IMG/VR virus record: IMGVR_UViG_3300031371_000001
Location: 1-64,000 of that record
Source: a virus
Length of the DNA: 64,000 nucleotides
Reading direction: 5' to 3' (one strand)
The translations under genes and the position numbers were made by a program. Below are positions 44,935 through 55,297 of the stretch, in pieces. The notes below the pieces were generated by a model. It did no database searches. It was not told the origin of the DNA and saw only the letters and a list, made by a program, of their open reading frames with translations. The stretch's first letter is position 1. Each line of letters begins with the position of its first letter.

Positions 44935-46047
44935 TTATGGTCCTATCAGGACATATTCAAGCGGCGTTTCAAACACTTCGACATTATCGGTTTCAACGTC
45001 GTTTGCCGCATTCTGGTTTTCGATCTCGATTCCGCCGCTAGTCCAAAGCGGAGGGTTTATATAATCTTCAGCTTCAAGGTTCACGTCAATAAAGACGCGA
45101 ATATGGATCCCTGTCGTCTTCCATTCCCGAACTTCAACCCGAAGCTTGTATTGCTCCGCAAGGAACACCTTCGTCGTTGTCACAAGGACGGTTTCAACAC
45201 CACCATTTCTTTCGATGATCCGAACGCCGTTCGGCCGCAGTTCGGCAATATAGCAGTTGTCCAAGTCTTGAACATAGAACCGCATTCGGAAAACGTCCGT
45301 TGTCGGATCAGTGATCCGCCGCGCAGACGCAACGGCTACAAAGTAATTCCATCCAGTGATCCACGAAACGTCAATCCGCTCCCGCCCCGTCGCCGGAATG
45401 ACCATTCGATGATTCACCGCGTCGAGGTATCCTTCAGCGCCTCCGACCTCGTGTGACCAGTAACGAAGGTCTTCGTTGAACCAGTCAAGAAAGTCGAGAT
45501 AGACAAGCTCGATCCTTTCGTTGAAAGGACGCTCGATTTCAACGACACGTTCGAGCAACGTGTGATCGAGATCCGGGGAATCCATGACTCGAAGGTTCGA
45601 GTAATATTCCCCGTAATCGCTGATCTCGCCTCCAAGGATCCAAGGGTCCGATCCGGCTTGTTCTTCCCAAAGCCCGGTTTCCCCAAGGATCCAGCGGAAC
45701 CAAAACCAGTTGGCATAGATCACGTTTTTGCCCGTCAGCAAACGAGCGAGATTGACAAGCCCTAGCTCCGTTCCTTTCTGTTTCCAGATAGGGATCGCAA
45801 GCGTGATCAGTTTGCGAAGTTCGCGCGCCGTCAACGAAGACGTGATCCCCGTGTCGTCCGTCCAGCCGACAAGATCCTTCGCGTATTGCAAAAGGTCGTC
45901 AGGGATCAAACGCGGATCGACGTAGGTTGGAACCTCCACGATCTTGCTATTGAGTTCCCCACGCCAGTATTCCATGCGTTCGAGGTATCGAAGAAGAAGA
46001 TCGTTCCGGAGCGGTTCGATCACCATTTTGTAAAGCGTCGGCTTCAT
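44935..46047 (-). CDS. baseplate wedge protein (P2 gpI-like)
   Basis: DP......L....L.GW...R.LI..AI..WKQKGT..G; follows gpJ. Confidence 0.8.
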   Translation of the reverse strand: MKPTLYKMVIEPLRNDLLLRYLERMEYWRGELNSKIVEVPTYVDPRLIPDDLLQYAKDLVGWTDDTGITSSLTARELRKLITLAIPIWKQKGTELGLVNLARLLTGKNVIYANWFWFRWILGETGLWEEQAGSDPWILGGEISDYGEYYSNLRVMDSPDLDHTLLERVVEIERPFNERIELVYLDFLDWFNEDLRYWSHEVGGAEGYLDAVNHRMVIPATGRERIDVSWITGWNYFVAVASARRITDPTTDVFRMRFYVQDLDNCYIAELRPNGVRIIERNGGVETVLVTTTKVFLAEQYKLRVEVREWKTTGIHIRVFIDVNLEAEDYINPPLWTSGGIEIENQNAANDVETDNVEVFETPLEYVLIGP

Positions 46048-48222
46048 CTAGATCACCGTGATCGAAATCGTCCCCGCCTTCGGCAATTCGCGCGCGCCTA
46101 GCACAACGTCCGCCGCCGGCGTCGTTATCGTTACATTCGTCACCCCGCTAATCCCGAAGAATAGCGCGATCAAAGCCGACAGGTAAACGGTATCCCCGAA
46201 TTCCCAACGATAGTTTGGAGGCGTTTCGTCGTCCAATGCTTCGGGATCAAGCCAACCGACGATCGCCGTTTCGATCGCCGTCTTGTTCCCCCCTTGAACC
46301 GTTGCCGTCACGTCGATCACCTTCGGAACGTAATTCGTCGCGTGAAGTTCGGAATTCAATTGAACGACTCCGCGCCGCGTCGGATCCCCCGTGACTCCGT
46401 TGAAGTGTTCTTCGATATCCGAAAGCACGCCCGGGGAAAGGGGCGCCCCTCCAGTTGCAACGCAAACGGCTTCGATCGTCTTCGGGCCTAAGCCTTCTTC
46501 GATAGCGAGGCAACGGGCGATCGGGCGCGCGCCGCTTGTCACGTCTTCCCAATCTAGAACCAGGGCTTCGACATCTTGCGAAGTAACCGCCCGTTCTTGC
46601 GCCCTGAGTTGCGCCGGGTGGGTTCGCTTTGCCTTCGCGAGATCGGCGGCTGTCGAACCTTCGCGCGCCGCGTAGCCGCTAGCGGCTTGCGGGTTCGTGA
46701 CGCTTTCAATCCATCCGACACCGGAGCGGTTGATCTTGATCATACCTGCCCCGACGTTTCCGTTTTGCCCTTCGACGAGCGTTCGATAGATAGCGGATAT
46801 CGCGTCGGCGGCCGGGGGAATCTTTCCGTTCTCGCCGTCACCGAAGATCCCGGACGCTTCGCCGTCGTCCCCGAAGTCAACTTCGTAATGCTCCGAAAGT
46901 TGATCGCTCGAAAGTAGGTTTTCCTGGCGTTCCCACTCGACGGCGGCGACGTAATATTTCAACGTCGCGTCGTCGATCACCGGGTATCGTGAAGCCGTGA
47001 AAGACTGATCCGCCGTTCCGTCAGAAACTCCGAGCGGATCATCCTCTCGCGTGCGACCCTGATAGATCGTCGGAAGTTGATAAAGTCTATCCTCCTCGAT
47101 CGAAACCGCGTTCAGAGTCGGGGAAGAAGGGGCGCCCCCGATCTCGACAATTCGATACCGAAGCCAACAAGCTTCATAATCGCCAAGCACCGAATCCGAG
47201 ACGATCCCTTTTTGCCAAAGGCGGCTTTGCGTCCAGGGCGGATCGAATTTGATATGTTTCGTCCCCGTTGCGGAGAAGTCGAGGATCGTGTCCTCCGTGA
47301 CTTCAAGTTCGTGCCAAAGCGTCCCGACCGTGTAATCGGAGGCGTCCGTCGAAGGGCTTGTCTGTCCAAGGAAACCCGTCGTCGTCGCGAGATTTTGTCC
47401 ACCTGAAAACGTCGAGGTGACGTCTTCGTATGCTCCGGTTTGATTGTAGGTGATCCGGACTGTCAGACCTTCGCGAGTCGCGCCCGGATTCCCAAGCATC
47501 CCGTCGATCGCGAATTCAAGAGCCGTCCCAAGGTTCGTCACGCTATCGGGGATGTCATCATACCAATTGTCGTCATAGAATTCCCAAACTCCGGTGATAT
47601 CGGCCCCGATACTGTTGACAAGAATTTCGAGCATATCCCAAAAGAGATCGTCATGTCCGAAATAGATCGAATCCCCAACCGCCGGGGCGCCGGCCCACGG
47701 ATTCCAGTTCGCCGGCGTGTTTACTTGTGTCGTGAAGTCGGTTGCGGACCCGGACTCGAAAGCCCAAACCTTCGACATCGTATCGGAGGGATCCGTCGTC
47801 ACGTCTTCGAGGTTTTCGTATTCGATCGCTTCTTCGCTTGCCGTCGCTTCAGTTGCGAAGACGCTTCGCGCCGGGATCGTCGTCAATGCCGTCGAGAACT
47901 TCCGGGAGAACTTCACGAGGAGGGGCACCGTCGCCGGGGAAGCTTGCGCCAACGAATCAGCGATCAAGTGGAGGTGTGCGTCAACGCTTGCCCGAAGTTC
48001 GGCTGTCGTGAAGAAGGTTTCCTTCGCCCAAAGATCGATGTCAACCGCGTTCAGGTGAGACGATAAAGAGAACGCCCGCATAAGCTGAATCGTCGGTTCG
48101 TGCGGGTCTTCATCGGAAAGTTCAGGAAGATAGATCCGCTTCCACCGGATCAGATCCTCCAGGATTTCGTAGTAATAAAACCCTGTGGTCTTGAAGTCGG
48201 GGAAAGTGATCGTCGTCGTCAT
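46048..48222 (-). CDS. baseplate J-like wedge protein
   Basis: E.F..TA..R.S, G.SDGTADQ.F, FGDGENGKIP, GNVGAG, RAVT..D. Confidence 0.9.
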   Translation of the reverse strand: MTTTITFPDFKTTGFYYYEILEDLIRWKRIYLPELSDEDPHEPTIQLMRAFSLSSHLNAVDIDLWAKETFFTTAELRASVDAHLHLIADSLAQASPATVPLLVKFSRKFSTALTTIPARSVFATEATASEEAIEYENLEDVTTDPSDTMSKVWAFESGSATDFTTQVNTPANWNPWAGAPAVGDSIYFGHDDLFWDMLEILVNSIGADITGVWEFYDDNWYDDIPDSVTNLGTALEFAIDGMLGNPGATREGLTVRITYNQTGAYEDVTSTFSGGQNLATTTGFLGQTSPSTDASDYTVGTLWHELEVTEDTILDFSATGTKHIKFDPPWTQSRLWQKGIVSDSVLGDYEACWLRYRIVEIGGAPSSPTLNAVSIEEDRLYQLPTIYQGRTREDDPLGVSDGTADQSFTASRYPVIDDATLKYYVAAVEWERQENLLSSDQLSEHYEVDFGDDGEASGIFGDGENGKIPPAADAISAIYRTLVEGQNGNVGAGMIKINRSGVGWIESVTNPQAASGYAAREGSTAADLAKAKRTHPAQLRAQERAVTSQDVEALVLDWEDVTSGARPIARCLAIEEGLGPKTIEAVCVATGGAPLSPGVLSDIEEHFNGVTGDPTRRGVVQLNSELHATNYVPKVIDVTATVQGGNKTAIETAIVGWLDPEALDDETPPNYRWEFGDTVYLSALIALFFGISGVTNVTITTPAADVVLGARELPKAGTISITVI

Positions 48223-48224
48223 AT

Positions 48225-48596
48225 CTAAGCCCCTCCCCCGCTTGGGGTGTATTGTAAGTTTTCGCTTCGATCGGTCAGCATATCGAGATATTGAATATCG
48301 ACTATAATTTCTTCATTCTTCGACGTGAAGGTGTACTGCGAAAGCTTCGCGCGGTTTTCGTCTTCGAGGCGATTGAAGACTTTCTTGATCCTTCTGGCAA
48401 GCCTCGATTGTGTCGACACGTCGTTGATATCGAAAACCGGATAGTCGATCCCCACGTCGTCGTTGAACGGGTTTTCAGAAGGACAGAAGTTCAAGGCAAG
48501 CATTATGATCTTCTTCGTCTGATCCGAATCGATCTCCGTCGCAAGTCCCCCGTTCTTGTTCGCTTGCAACGGTGCCTTCAGTCCCTTGTATTCCAT
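48225..48596 (-). CDS. gp25-like baseplate protein
   Basis: Size, position before gpJ, G...P.F.IN pattern. Confidence 0.7.
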   Translation of the reverse strand: MEYKGLKAPLQANKNGGLATEIDSDQTKKIIMLALNFCPSENPFNDDVGIDYPVFDINDVSTQSRLARRIKKVFNRLEDENRAKLSQYTFTSKNEEIIVDIQYLDMLTDRSENLQYTPSGGGA

Positions 48597-48600
48597 TCGC

Positions 48601-49332
48601 CTATTCTACCTTTTGATTCGTTGAATTCAAATCGGTTGGGACAGACGGAGGAGGCGCCGAAGGAGGCGAAGGTGCGCCCGGTGCCGCTGTCGGGTGCATA
48701 TGCGCCAACTTCCAAGCGTAATCTTGATTTAGATACGTCAAAAGCTTGTCGCCTCGAACGATGAAATAGGTTGCGGCCGCTCCAAGCTTCGAGTCGCCGT
48801 CCAAGGTTATATTCGTCCCGTCGAGGGTCAGCTTGTCGCCTCCCTTGTGTTCAAGTTCGATCTTGTCCCCGTCAAGAGTCGCCTTGTTGCCGTCCTTCTG
48901 TTCGAGAGTGATCACGGCTTCCGTCACGTCGATCCGGCTTCCGTCCTTGAAGACGACAGCAAGATCCCCGGTCGACTTGTTGATCGTGATATAGCTTCCA
49001 TCCGGCGCCCAAACCGCCATGACGTCCGGATATCCGTCAAGGATTTCATCCGGGATCACGTCTTCGTCAACGAATGCCGGTTGCCAACGGATCGACCTTT
49101 CGTTGATCCTGGCGGCATCTTGGTTATCCGCCTTCCCTGCGATGATCAGAAGTTCGACACGATCGCCTATCGCCGGGACGTCCCAAAGGCGGGCGGCGGA
49201 AGCCGGCCGGATCCAGAATGGAAGCTCTGCGTCTTCACGAACGATAGCAGGACAACGGACCTTAACTCGACGTTGCTTATCCGGATCGCCGTTGTCCGTG
49301 ACTTCTCCGAACACCTTTTCAAACAAAGCCAT
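48601..49332 (-). CDS. baseplate spike (gpV/gp5 OB-fold)
   Basis: G.V.DN.DP...RVKV.CP, VP.IGD.V, beta repeats, C-terminal HMH iron motif; start 49332 after GGAGG. Confidence 0.85.
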   Translation of the reverse strand: MALFEKVFGEVTDNGDPDKQRRVKVRCPAIVREDAELPFWIRPASAARLWDVPAIGDRVELLIIAGKADNQDAARINERSIRWQPAFVDEDVIPDEILDGYPDVMAVWAPDGSYITINKSTGDLAVVFKDGSRIDVTEAVITLEQKDGNKATLDGDKIELEHKGGDKLTLDGTNITLDGDSKLGAAATYFIVRGDKLLTYLNQDYAWKLAHMHPTAAPGAPSPPSAPPPSVPTDLNSTNQKVE

Positions 49333-49343
49333 TCGTCCACCTC

Positions 49344-50522
49344 CTACGGAACCGCATCGGTCGGAATCATTTCCTTGTTTGCGACGAAGCGGCATTTGTA
49401 ACCGCCGCCGGCGAATTCGTGCTTTACCGAAGTGAAGTAATACCCTCCGGAAAACCTGTTTCCCAATCCGTCAAGCTTGTGAACCTGTCGGGGCTTCAAG
49501 CTTTCAAGTCCAATCACCGATCCGCGTCCGACAAGGAAGCCGTCCTTGCGCGCGCGGAACCATGCTTCAGCGAACGTCGTTGCTTCTTCCGCCGTGTGCA
49601 AGATGCGATCGGGAACAACGTCTATCGAGTGACCGGCCGCCACGATCCGAATCGAGGCGGCGTTATCGAGTTCTTCTGTCACGTCGTCACCGCTACCTTG
49701 AAAAAGCCGCGGGTCCGCAACGTCGCCGCCCTTCTCGACAAGATCGACCGAACGCCATTCCTTATCGTTCAAGTCGTAATACATAACTTTCAGTTCGGTT
49801 ATGTCCTGTCGCATCCCGTATTGCGGCTCGAAGTTCAACAAGGTCCCGACATCAGATCGATAGGTGAATGTGTAAACCTTCGATTGATTCCGTGAAGGAC
49901 GCTTCCAGTGAAGGGTCCACGCCTTCATGTCCTTGTCCCAATCGATCCAGAAATCTCGATCGTTCAGGTTCGCAAGCCCTTTGATGAATTTGAAATCAGA
50001 AGTCCCCTTCTTCTGAACAAGCGTTTCTTTCTTCGTCGTCGCGTCGATCTCGACTTCTAGTCCCCACTTACCGGCGATTTCTTCGACCATTGACGAATGG
50101 GACATATCAACGAACGATCGCCCTTCTTCGTCCGTCGCAAGCCCTAGTTTCTTGTGCGCGGTCTGCGAAGCTTTGATCTCCGATTCTTCGTCCATTAGCT
50201 TGAAGCTGTAATCGTAAGCGCGAATCGTCATAACCGGAGTTCCAGATTGCGGGAACTTCGGGAGGTGCTTCGCAACGATCGTCCTCCCCATGAATTCAAG
50301 TTCGGTTCCGTATCCGGCGTAAAGATCGATCGCGTTCCCCGGTTGAAGCGCCCGATGATCTGTAAGCCGCAAGTTCTCGTTCGTAAGATCAAGTTGCAAT
50401 GCGTCCATAAGCCCGATCGTCTGTTCGAACGTGAGCTTTTGAACGTGTGCCGGGAAGTCTATCGGGGCGCCTTCAATGTAAAGCTGGAAGTTCGGCGCAA
50501 GGTCTTTGTACCCATTCGTCAT
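49344..50522 (-). CDS. baseplate hub (late control gpD-like)
   Basis: GYG.....M, Q...SD.KF...LA, G.G..IG...L.P, GLG.RFSG.YY...V.H. Confidence 0.85.
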   Translation of the reverse strand: MTNGYKDLAPNFQLYIEGAPIDFPAHVQKLTFEQTIGLMDALQLDLTNENLRLTDHRALQPGNAIDLYAGYGTELEFMGRTIVAKHLPKFPQSGTPVMTIRAYDYSFKLMDEESEIKASQTAHKKLGLATDEEGRSFVDMSHSSMVEEIAGKWGLEVEIDATTKKETLVQKKGTSDFKFIKGLANLNDRDFWIDWDKDMKAWTLHWKRPSRNQSKVYTFTYRSDVGTLLNFEPQYGMRQDITELKVMYYDLNDKEWRSVDLVEKGGDVADPRLFQGSGDDVTEELDNAASIRIVAAGHSIDVVPDRILHTAEEATTFAEAWFRARKDGFLVGRGSVIGLESLKPRQVHKLDGLGNRFSGGYYFTSVKHEFAGGGYKCRFVANKEMIPTDAVP

Positions 50523-51271
50523 TATAGGATATGCGAGACGTAGGTATAATTTCGCGCGTCGAACATCGCCTTCCGATAATCAATCCGTTCCGCCGTTCTC
50601 TCGAACGGGATCGACTGCGGCGTGACTTGTTCAGTTCGCAAAACCCACGCTTCCGGGATCTCGACTTTATCACCCGGGGAAAGGTTGACGAATTGAGGAT
50701 TGCGCCTCCTGATCAGATCGCCCCACGAAGGTTGCTCGAAATAATAGGCGGCGATCGATTCGAAAGTGTCGCCGTCCTTCGCGAAATGAATGAAGCTTTC
50801 ACCGTTCGTCAGTTCTTCAACGGCGACTTCGTATTCTTCATATCGAACAAGTTGAATCTGAAGGACGCAACCCCGGATCGTTCCGTCGATCTTGATATCG
50901 TCGTATCGAATGCCACCGATCGAAGGGCAAACGCATTGCATCGAAATTTCCCTTCCCCACGTAAAGAGGAGGGGAGGCGGCGAACGACGATCGGGATCCT
51001 TCCTTGTAAACGACTTCAGAGTTTCGAGCTTCGACGTGATCGATTCAGCGATCGACGCGGCGTAAAGCCGCGCCGTGAAAGCGATAGTGTCAAGCTTCCC
51101 GTTCGTCCATTGCGTGACAGGGTATTCGGCGCCGAAACCGGACGTGAAGGCGAACTCCGTTGCGATCCCTTCTTCAAGTTCGGTCGGTATGAATTGTCCT
51201 TCGACATATTGAGTCGGATCGTCAAGGACTTCGAGCTTCCAAGGTTGCTTGAACATGGATGCAAGACTCAT
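50522..51271 (-). CDS. tube initiator/LysM-domain baseplate protein
   Basis: QF.P.EL, PP.LLF.WG, C-terminal LysM-like GDT.ESIA..Y.....W..I...NP. Confidence 0.85.
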   Translation of the reverse strand: MSLASMFKQPWKLEVLDDPTQYVEGQFIPTELEEGIATEFAFTSGFGAEYPVTQWTNGKLDTIAFTARLYAASIAESITSKLETLKSFTRKDPDRRSPPPLLFTWGREISMQCVCPSIGGIRYDDIKIDGTIRGCVLQIQLVRYEEYEVAVEELTNGESFIHFAKDGDTFESIAAYYFEQPSWGDLIRRRNPQFVNLSPGDKVEIPEAWVLRTEQVTPQSIPFERTAERIDYRKAMFDARNYTYVSHIL

Positions 51272-54225
51272 GTTGGAACGCCTCCAGTTGCCGGGATCGC
51301 TCCGACTTCGAGGATCTTTCGCTGTTGCCAGGGCGTCGTTTCGCCGCCGGAACGTTCGGAAATCTCGGCTTGATGCTTCGCTGAAGCAACAGACATTTCT
51401 GAACCGTCAACGCTAAGATCAGACTTCACATCAACGCCAACCTTGTTATCGACCGTCACGCAAGGTTGTTGCGCCCCGACTGTTTGCCCTTGCTGTTGTG
51501 CCTTTGCCTTCATTGCCTTCGTTGCCGGGGATTTCTCCGCTGCTTCGATGGAACCTTCTTCAACGGCTTTCGCCAACGGTTCGCCCTTGATCGCTTTGAT
51601 CCCGGTCGTCGCAACCGTCGTTTGAAATTTCTTCACTGCTTCAAGAGAAACGCCAGCAAGCTGAAGCGCCGCCTTCCCGATCTCCGTCCCTGCGATCTTC
51701 TTTATGATCCCTGCGATGAAATCGAGGACGGTTTGAAATGGGGCGGCAAGGATCGTCGTGAGCTTTCCGAAGATCGAAGCCGCGACGTTTCGAATCGACG
51801 TCAACGCACTAACGAAGGCGTCTCGTATCTTGGAGGCGATTCCCTTAATCCAATTCCAAGCCGGCAAGATCACCTTGTCAGTGATCCAACTCCAAGCCTT
51901 CTTTGCAACGTTGGCGACCCATTGCCAAACACCGGCGATGAACTCCCCGGCTTTCTTTACGACAGGCATTATCACTTCAGCGATAGCGCCCCAAATCGTC
52001 GTCGCCATATCCCAATAGGCTTTTGCAATGATCTTTGCAGCTTCCCAAAGGTTCGCAAGATACGCGATCACGTTCTTGACTCCATTGACGACAAGATCCC
52101 AAACCGGGGCGAACTTATCACCGATCCAACCTGCGACCTTCACGACAAGCCCGAAAATCCAAGCGACACCTTCGATCACTTTTCCGAGCAACGGGAGGAG
52201 GACTTTGTAAGTCAAGATGAAGCCGCCGATCACCGGGGCGAAGTTGACAAGCAAGATCGGCTTCAAGATCGTCCAGATACCTTTCAATGCAGGAAGAAGC
52301 GAAGTTGCAACCGTGCTTCCGGCCTTGATCAACGAAGTCAAGAACGATTCCATTGAGGGGCCGAAGAACTTATAGAACGACGAAGCGAACCCTGCGATTG
52401 TTTTCCCGATCGCCTTCCAGTCGGTTTCAAGAACGCCAGAAGATTTCACGATGTCTTGGATCTTCTTTTGCGCCCCTGCTACTTCCTTCCTCAAATTCGA
52501 CAGCATATCAACAGCGACCTTGAAGGCCGGTTGTATTCCTTCCTTGTATCCTTGCGCGAATTGCTTGATCGCATTCCAAGCATAGGAAACGCCAGCCTTG
52601 ACGTTATCGAAGATCCTTTTGAAAGTGTCCATGACGCTTTCGCCGTCCTTCTGGATCAATACGAAAGCTCCAACGACAGCGGCGACAAGGCCGGCGATCG
52701 CAAGGCCGCCAAAACTGAAGACGGCACCGAAAATGGTTCCCAACCCCGTAACGATGGATGCAAGCCCGGAGAATGCGATCCCCAAGGTGAAAGCGATAGC
52801 ACCTATCGGAGCAAGGGCCGCAAGGATTGCAACAATGATCGTCCCAACCTTCGCAATTTGTGTGATCATGTCGCCGCCAAAGGCGAACCCGAATTGCTCG
52901 CCTATCTTGCGAACCCAATTGATCGAAGTTTTGATCGCATTCGATATGAAGTCGATACCTTGCTTCAACCCCTTCGCCACACGACCAGCGGTTGTCGTCG
53001 CAAGTTCATACTTCACCATTTCCCCGTTGACGTCCTTGACTCGTTCCTTCTCGCCTTGAAGGGTCAACACGAGATCGGCAATGAAAGCCGTTAGACCCTG
53101 GACCCCTTCCTTCAACGCAGTCTGTTTCGTAATATACCCGCCAACCTCGATCGACAGACCTTCCCATGCCGATTTCAAAATTGTGACAGCGCCGGCGATG
53201 TTATCGAGTCGGGTTCGTGCCATTTTTTCAGCGGCTCCGACACCTTCGCTTGATTGTTCGAGCATCTTTGTCAGATCGGAAATCGCCTCCGGACCCGCCG
53301 CGGCAAGTGCACTAAACGCTTTCTGTCCACGAATACCGAAAAGTTCAGTCATGGCGGCGGCGCGTTGAACAGCGCCGGGGATTGCATCTATATTCGTCTT
53401 GAATTGTCCGACGATTTCGGACAGCGGTTTGATTGACCCGTCCGCGTTTTCAAGTTCAATGCCCCATTGTTTCATATAAGCTGTCGCCTTCGCAGAAGGA
53501 CGGCCCAACTTGACAAGCATATTCGTGAATGAAGTTCCGGCCAAAGTTCCTTTGATACCAGAGTCGGAAATCTTTCCGAGTGCCGCAACTGTTTCTTCAA
53601 GACTGAATCCAAGTGTCCTAGCTTGCGGAGCTGCGAATTTCATCCCTTCGCCAAGAGAAACCATGTTTGTATTCGCTGAAGCGGACGCTAGAGCTAGAAC
53701 GTCAGAGACGTGGGCGGCATCCGTTGCTTGGAGGCCCATTCCACGAATCGAGTTCGCGACAATATCCGCGGCTGTCGCAAGCTCCATCCCTTCTGCCGCC
53801 GCGGCTGAAAGAATCGCGGGGGTTGCCGAAAGAACTTCGTTAACACTGAAGCCGGCGCGCGACAAGAGTTCTTGTGCTTCACCTGCTTGAACAGCCGTGA
53901 AAGCCGTTGTCGCTCCAAGCTTCTTTGCTTGCGAAGTCAAAAGCTTCATGTCTTCGGCGCTTGCCCTGGACACGGCTTGCACTCCGGACATTTGCTGTTC
54001 GAAATCAACGAACTTCTTCGTCATGCTTCCGACGACAAGACCGGCGCCCGCTCCGACGATCGATAGCTGGCCTAGACCCATCCCCATTTGACGAACGCCG
54101 GCGCCCATTCTCTTTGCCGACGTTCCTAGGGATTTGAAAGCCGCCTTCGCCCGATTCATCCCACCGATCGCGCGCGTCGGATCAAATGAGAGGATCCCGC
54201 CAAGCCCTATCTTTTCGAGCGCCAT
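51268..54225 (-). CDS. tape measure protein (TP901 family core)
   Basis: FEQQMSGV.AV, LGATTAFTA, G.KG..AGT; amphipathic W-periodic repeats. Confidence 0.93.
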   Translation of the reverse strand: MALEKIGLGGILSFDPTRAIGGMNRAKAAFKSLGTSAKRMGAGVRQMGMGLGQLSIVGAGAGLVVGSMTKKFVDFEQQMSGVQAVSRASAEDMKLLTSQAKKLGATTAFTAVQAGEAQELLSRAGFSVNEVLSATPAILSAAAAEGMELATAADIVANSIRGMGLQATDAAHVSDVLALASASANTNMVSLGEGMKFAAPQARTLGFSLEETVAALGKISDSGIKGTLAGTSFTNMLVKLGRPSAKATAYMKQWGIELENADGSIKPLSEIVGQFKTNIDAIPGAVQRAAAMTELFGIRGQKAFSALAAAGPEAISDLTKMLEQSSEGVGAAEKMARTRLDNIAGAVTILKSAWEGLSIEVGGYITKQTALKEGVQGLTAFIADLVLTLQGEKERVKDVNGEMVKYELATTTAGRVAKGLKQGIDFISNAIKTSINWVRKIGEQFGFAFGGDMITQIAKVGTIIVAILAALAPIGAIAFTLGIAFSGLASIVTGLGTIFGAVFSFGGLAIAGLVAAVVGAFVLIQKDGESVMDTFKRIFDNVKAGVSYAWNAIKQFAQGYKEGIQPAFKVAVDMLSNLRKEVAGAQKKIQDIVKSSGVLETDWKAIGKTIAGFASSFYKFFGPSMESFLTSLIKAGSTVATSLLPALKGIWTILKPILLVNFAPVIGGFILTYKVLLPLLGKVIEGVAWIFGLVVKVAGWIGDKFAPVWDLVVNGVKNVIAYLANLWEAAKIIAKAYWDMATTIWGAIAEVIMPVVKKAGEFIAGVWQWVANVAKKAWSWITDKVILPAWNWIKGIASKIRDAFVSALTSIRNVAASIFGKLTTILAAPFQTVLDFIAGIIKKIAGTEIGKAALQLAGVSLEAVKKFQTTVATTGIKAIKGEPLAKAVEEGSIEAAEKSPATKAMKAKAQQQGQTVGAQQPCVTVDNKVGVDVKSDLSVDGSEMSVASAKHQAEISERSGGETTPWQQRKILEVGAIPATGGVPT

Positions 54226-54443
54226 TAGCGCCTCCCTTTCGGGCGCCGCCCCCTTCCGGCCGCTTTCTTGATTTCCTTTTCTTCGTCCTTCAGTTGTTTC
54301 GCGTACCTTTCAAGATACCACGAAATTTCCTCCGGCGTCTTCCGTTCGGCTTCGCTTGGTTGCATCTTGCATCCGTACAAAAGCGCGAATTCTATTTCTA
54401 GGACTTCCTCCCATCGCCGGATCTGGAGGAAGTCGCGAAAAAA
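54225..54443 (-). CDS. tail chaperone -1 frameshift extension (gpGT-type)
   Basis: Slippery T TTT TTC at 54443-54437; the -1 frame reads FFRDFLQIRRWEEVLEIEFALLYGCK...EISWYLERY... to a TAA overlapping the TMP ATG. Confidence 0.8.
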   Translation of the reverse strand, partial: FFRDFLQIRRWEEVLEIEFALLYGCKMQPSEAERKTPEEISWYLERYAKQLKDEEKEIKKAAGRGRRPKGRR

Positions 54444-55237
54444 GCGTCATAGTTCCAATCTAACATTTGGCTAAACGAAGAACGGCAACGCTTACAGCGC
54501 GTATCGATCACCATTTCCAGACCCGGCGCCTTTTCGTTGATGAACTCCGAAAGATCATCAACGTCCAGCTTCGAAAGATCGTCCAGGAATCCAGTTGCAA
54601 GAACCGCCTTCGTCGTCGCTTCGTCAAGCTCCCCAAGAGTCTTGATCGCGCCCTTCAAGATCCCTTCGAGGATCAAGGCGTCGTTCGAGAATTCCTCCGG
54701 GGTGATCATTTCGATTTCACTCCACCGGGGCGGCTGAAGAACGGCCTTCGAGATCGAAGAATCCGTTTCCCCGACCTTCGCCGTATAGGTTTCGGTGAAG
54801 TCGAACTCAGTTTCAAGATCGGCAGGATCATCGATCACGCGAACCATTGTCGTTTCGAGATCGACGATATCGCGAAAGCGATTCTGACAGAAAGGACAAG
54901 TGATCATCGGTTTGAAGATCCGCCCCTTCGCCTTGATCCGGATCGCGAAATAGAGCGCCATTGCGTCAGCCATCCAAAGACGATTGACGAACAACGTTCG
55001 TTCGTGCGGTTTCATTTCATCGAAGGTCTTTCCTCCGATGTGTTCAACGAAACGCGAAATCACCTCCGAGGCGAAGCGCCCCGCCGTGATCGAATCTTCA
55101 CGTCGCTTCGCAAGTTTCTTGTCGTCCTTGAAGGTGTAACGCTTGATCGCGTATTCCTTGACGAAGCCGCTTCCAGTCGGATCGAGGATCCCGACAGGAA
55201 GATTGAAACCTAGTTCCTTGAAAGACTGTTTCTTCAT
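54398..55237 (-). CDS. tail assembly chaperone (two CxxC-containing repeats)
   Basis: Between tube and TMP; CPFC and CKRC; GGAGGG RBS before ATG 55237. Confidence 0.8.
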   Translation of the reverse strand: MKKQSFKELGFNLPVGILDPTGSGFVKEYAIKRYTFKDDKKLAKRREDSITAGRFASEVISRFVEHIGGKTFDEMKPHERTLFVNRLWMADAMALYFAIRIKAKGRIFKPMITCPFCQNRFRDIVDLETTMVRVIDDPADLETEFDFTETYTAKVGETDSSISKAVLQPPRWSEIEMITPEEFSNDALILEGILKGAIKTLGELDEATTKAVLATGFLDDLSKLDVDDLSEFINEKAPGLEMVIDTRCKRCRSSFSQMLDWNYDAFFATSSRSGDGRKS

Positions 55238-55297
55238 GCGTCCCTCCAAACGCCCATTCCGGGCTTGTGAAGAACCTTAAAGGTTGGAGCCGCCTCC

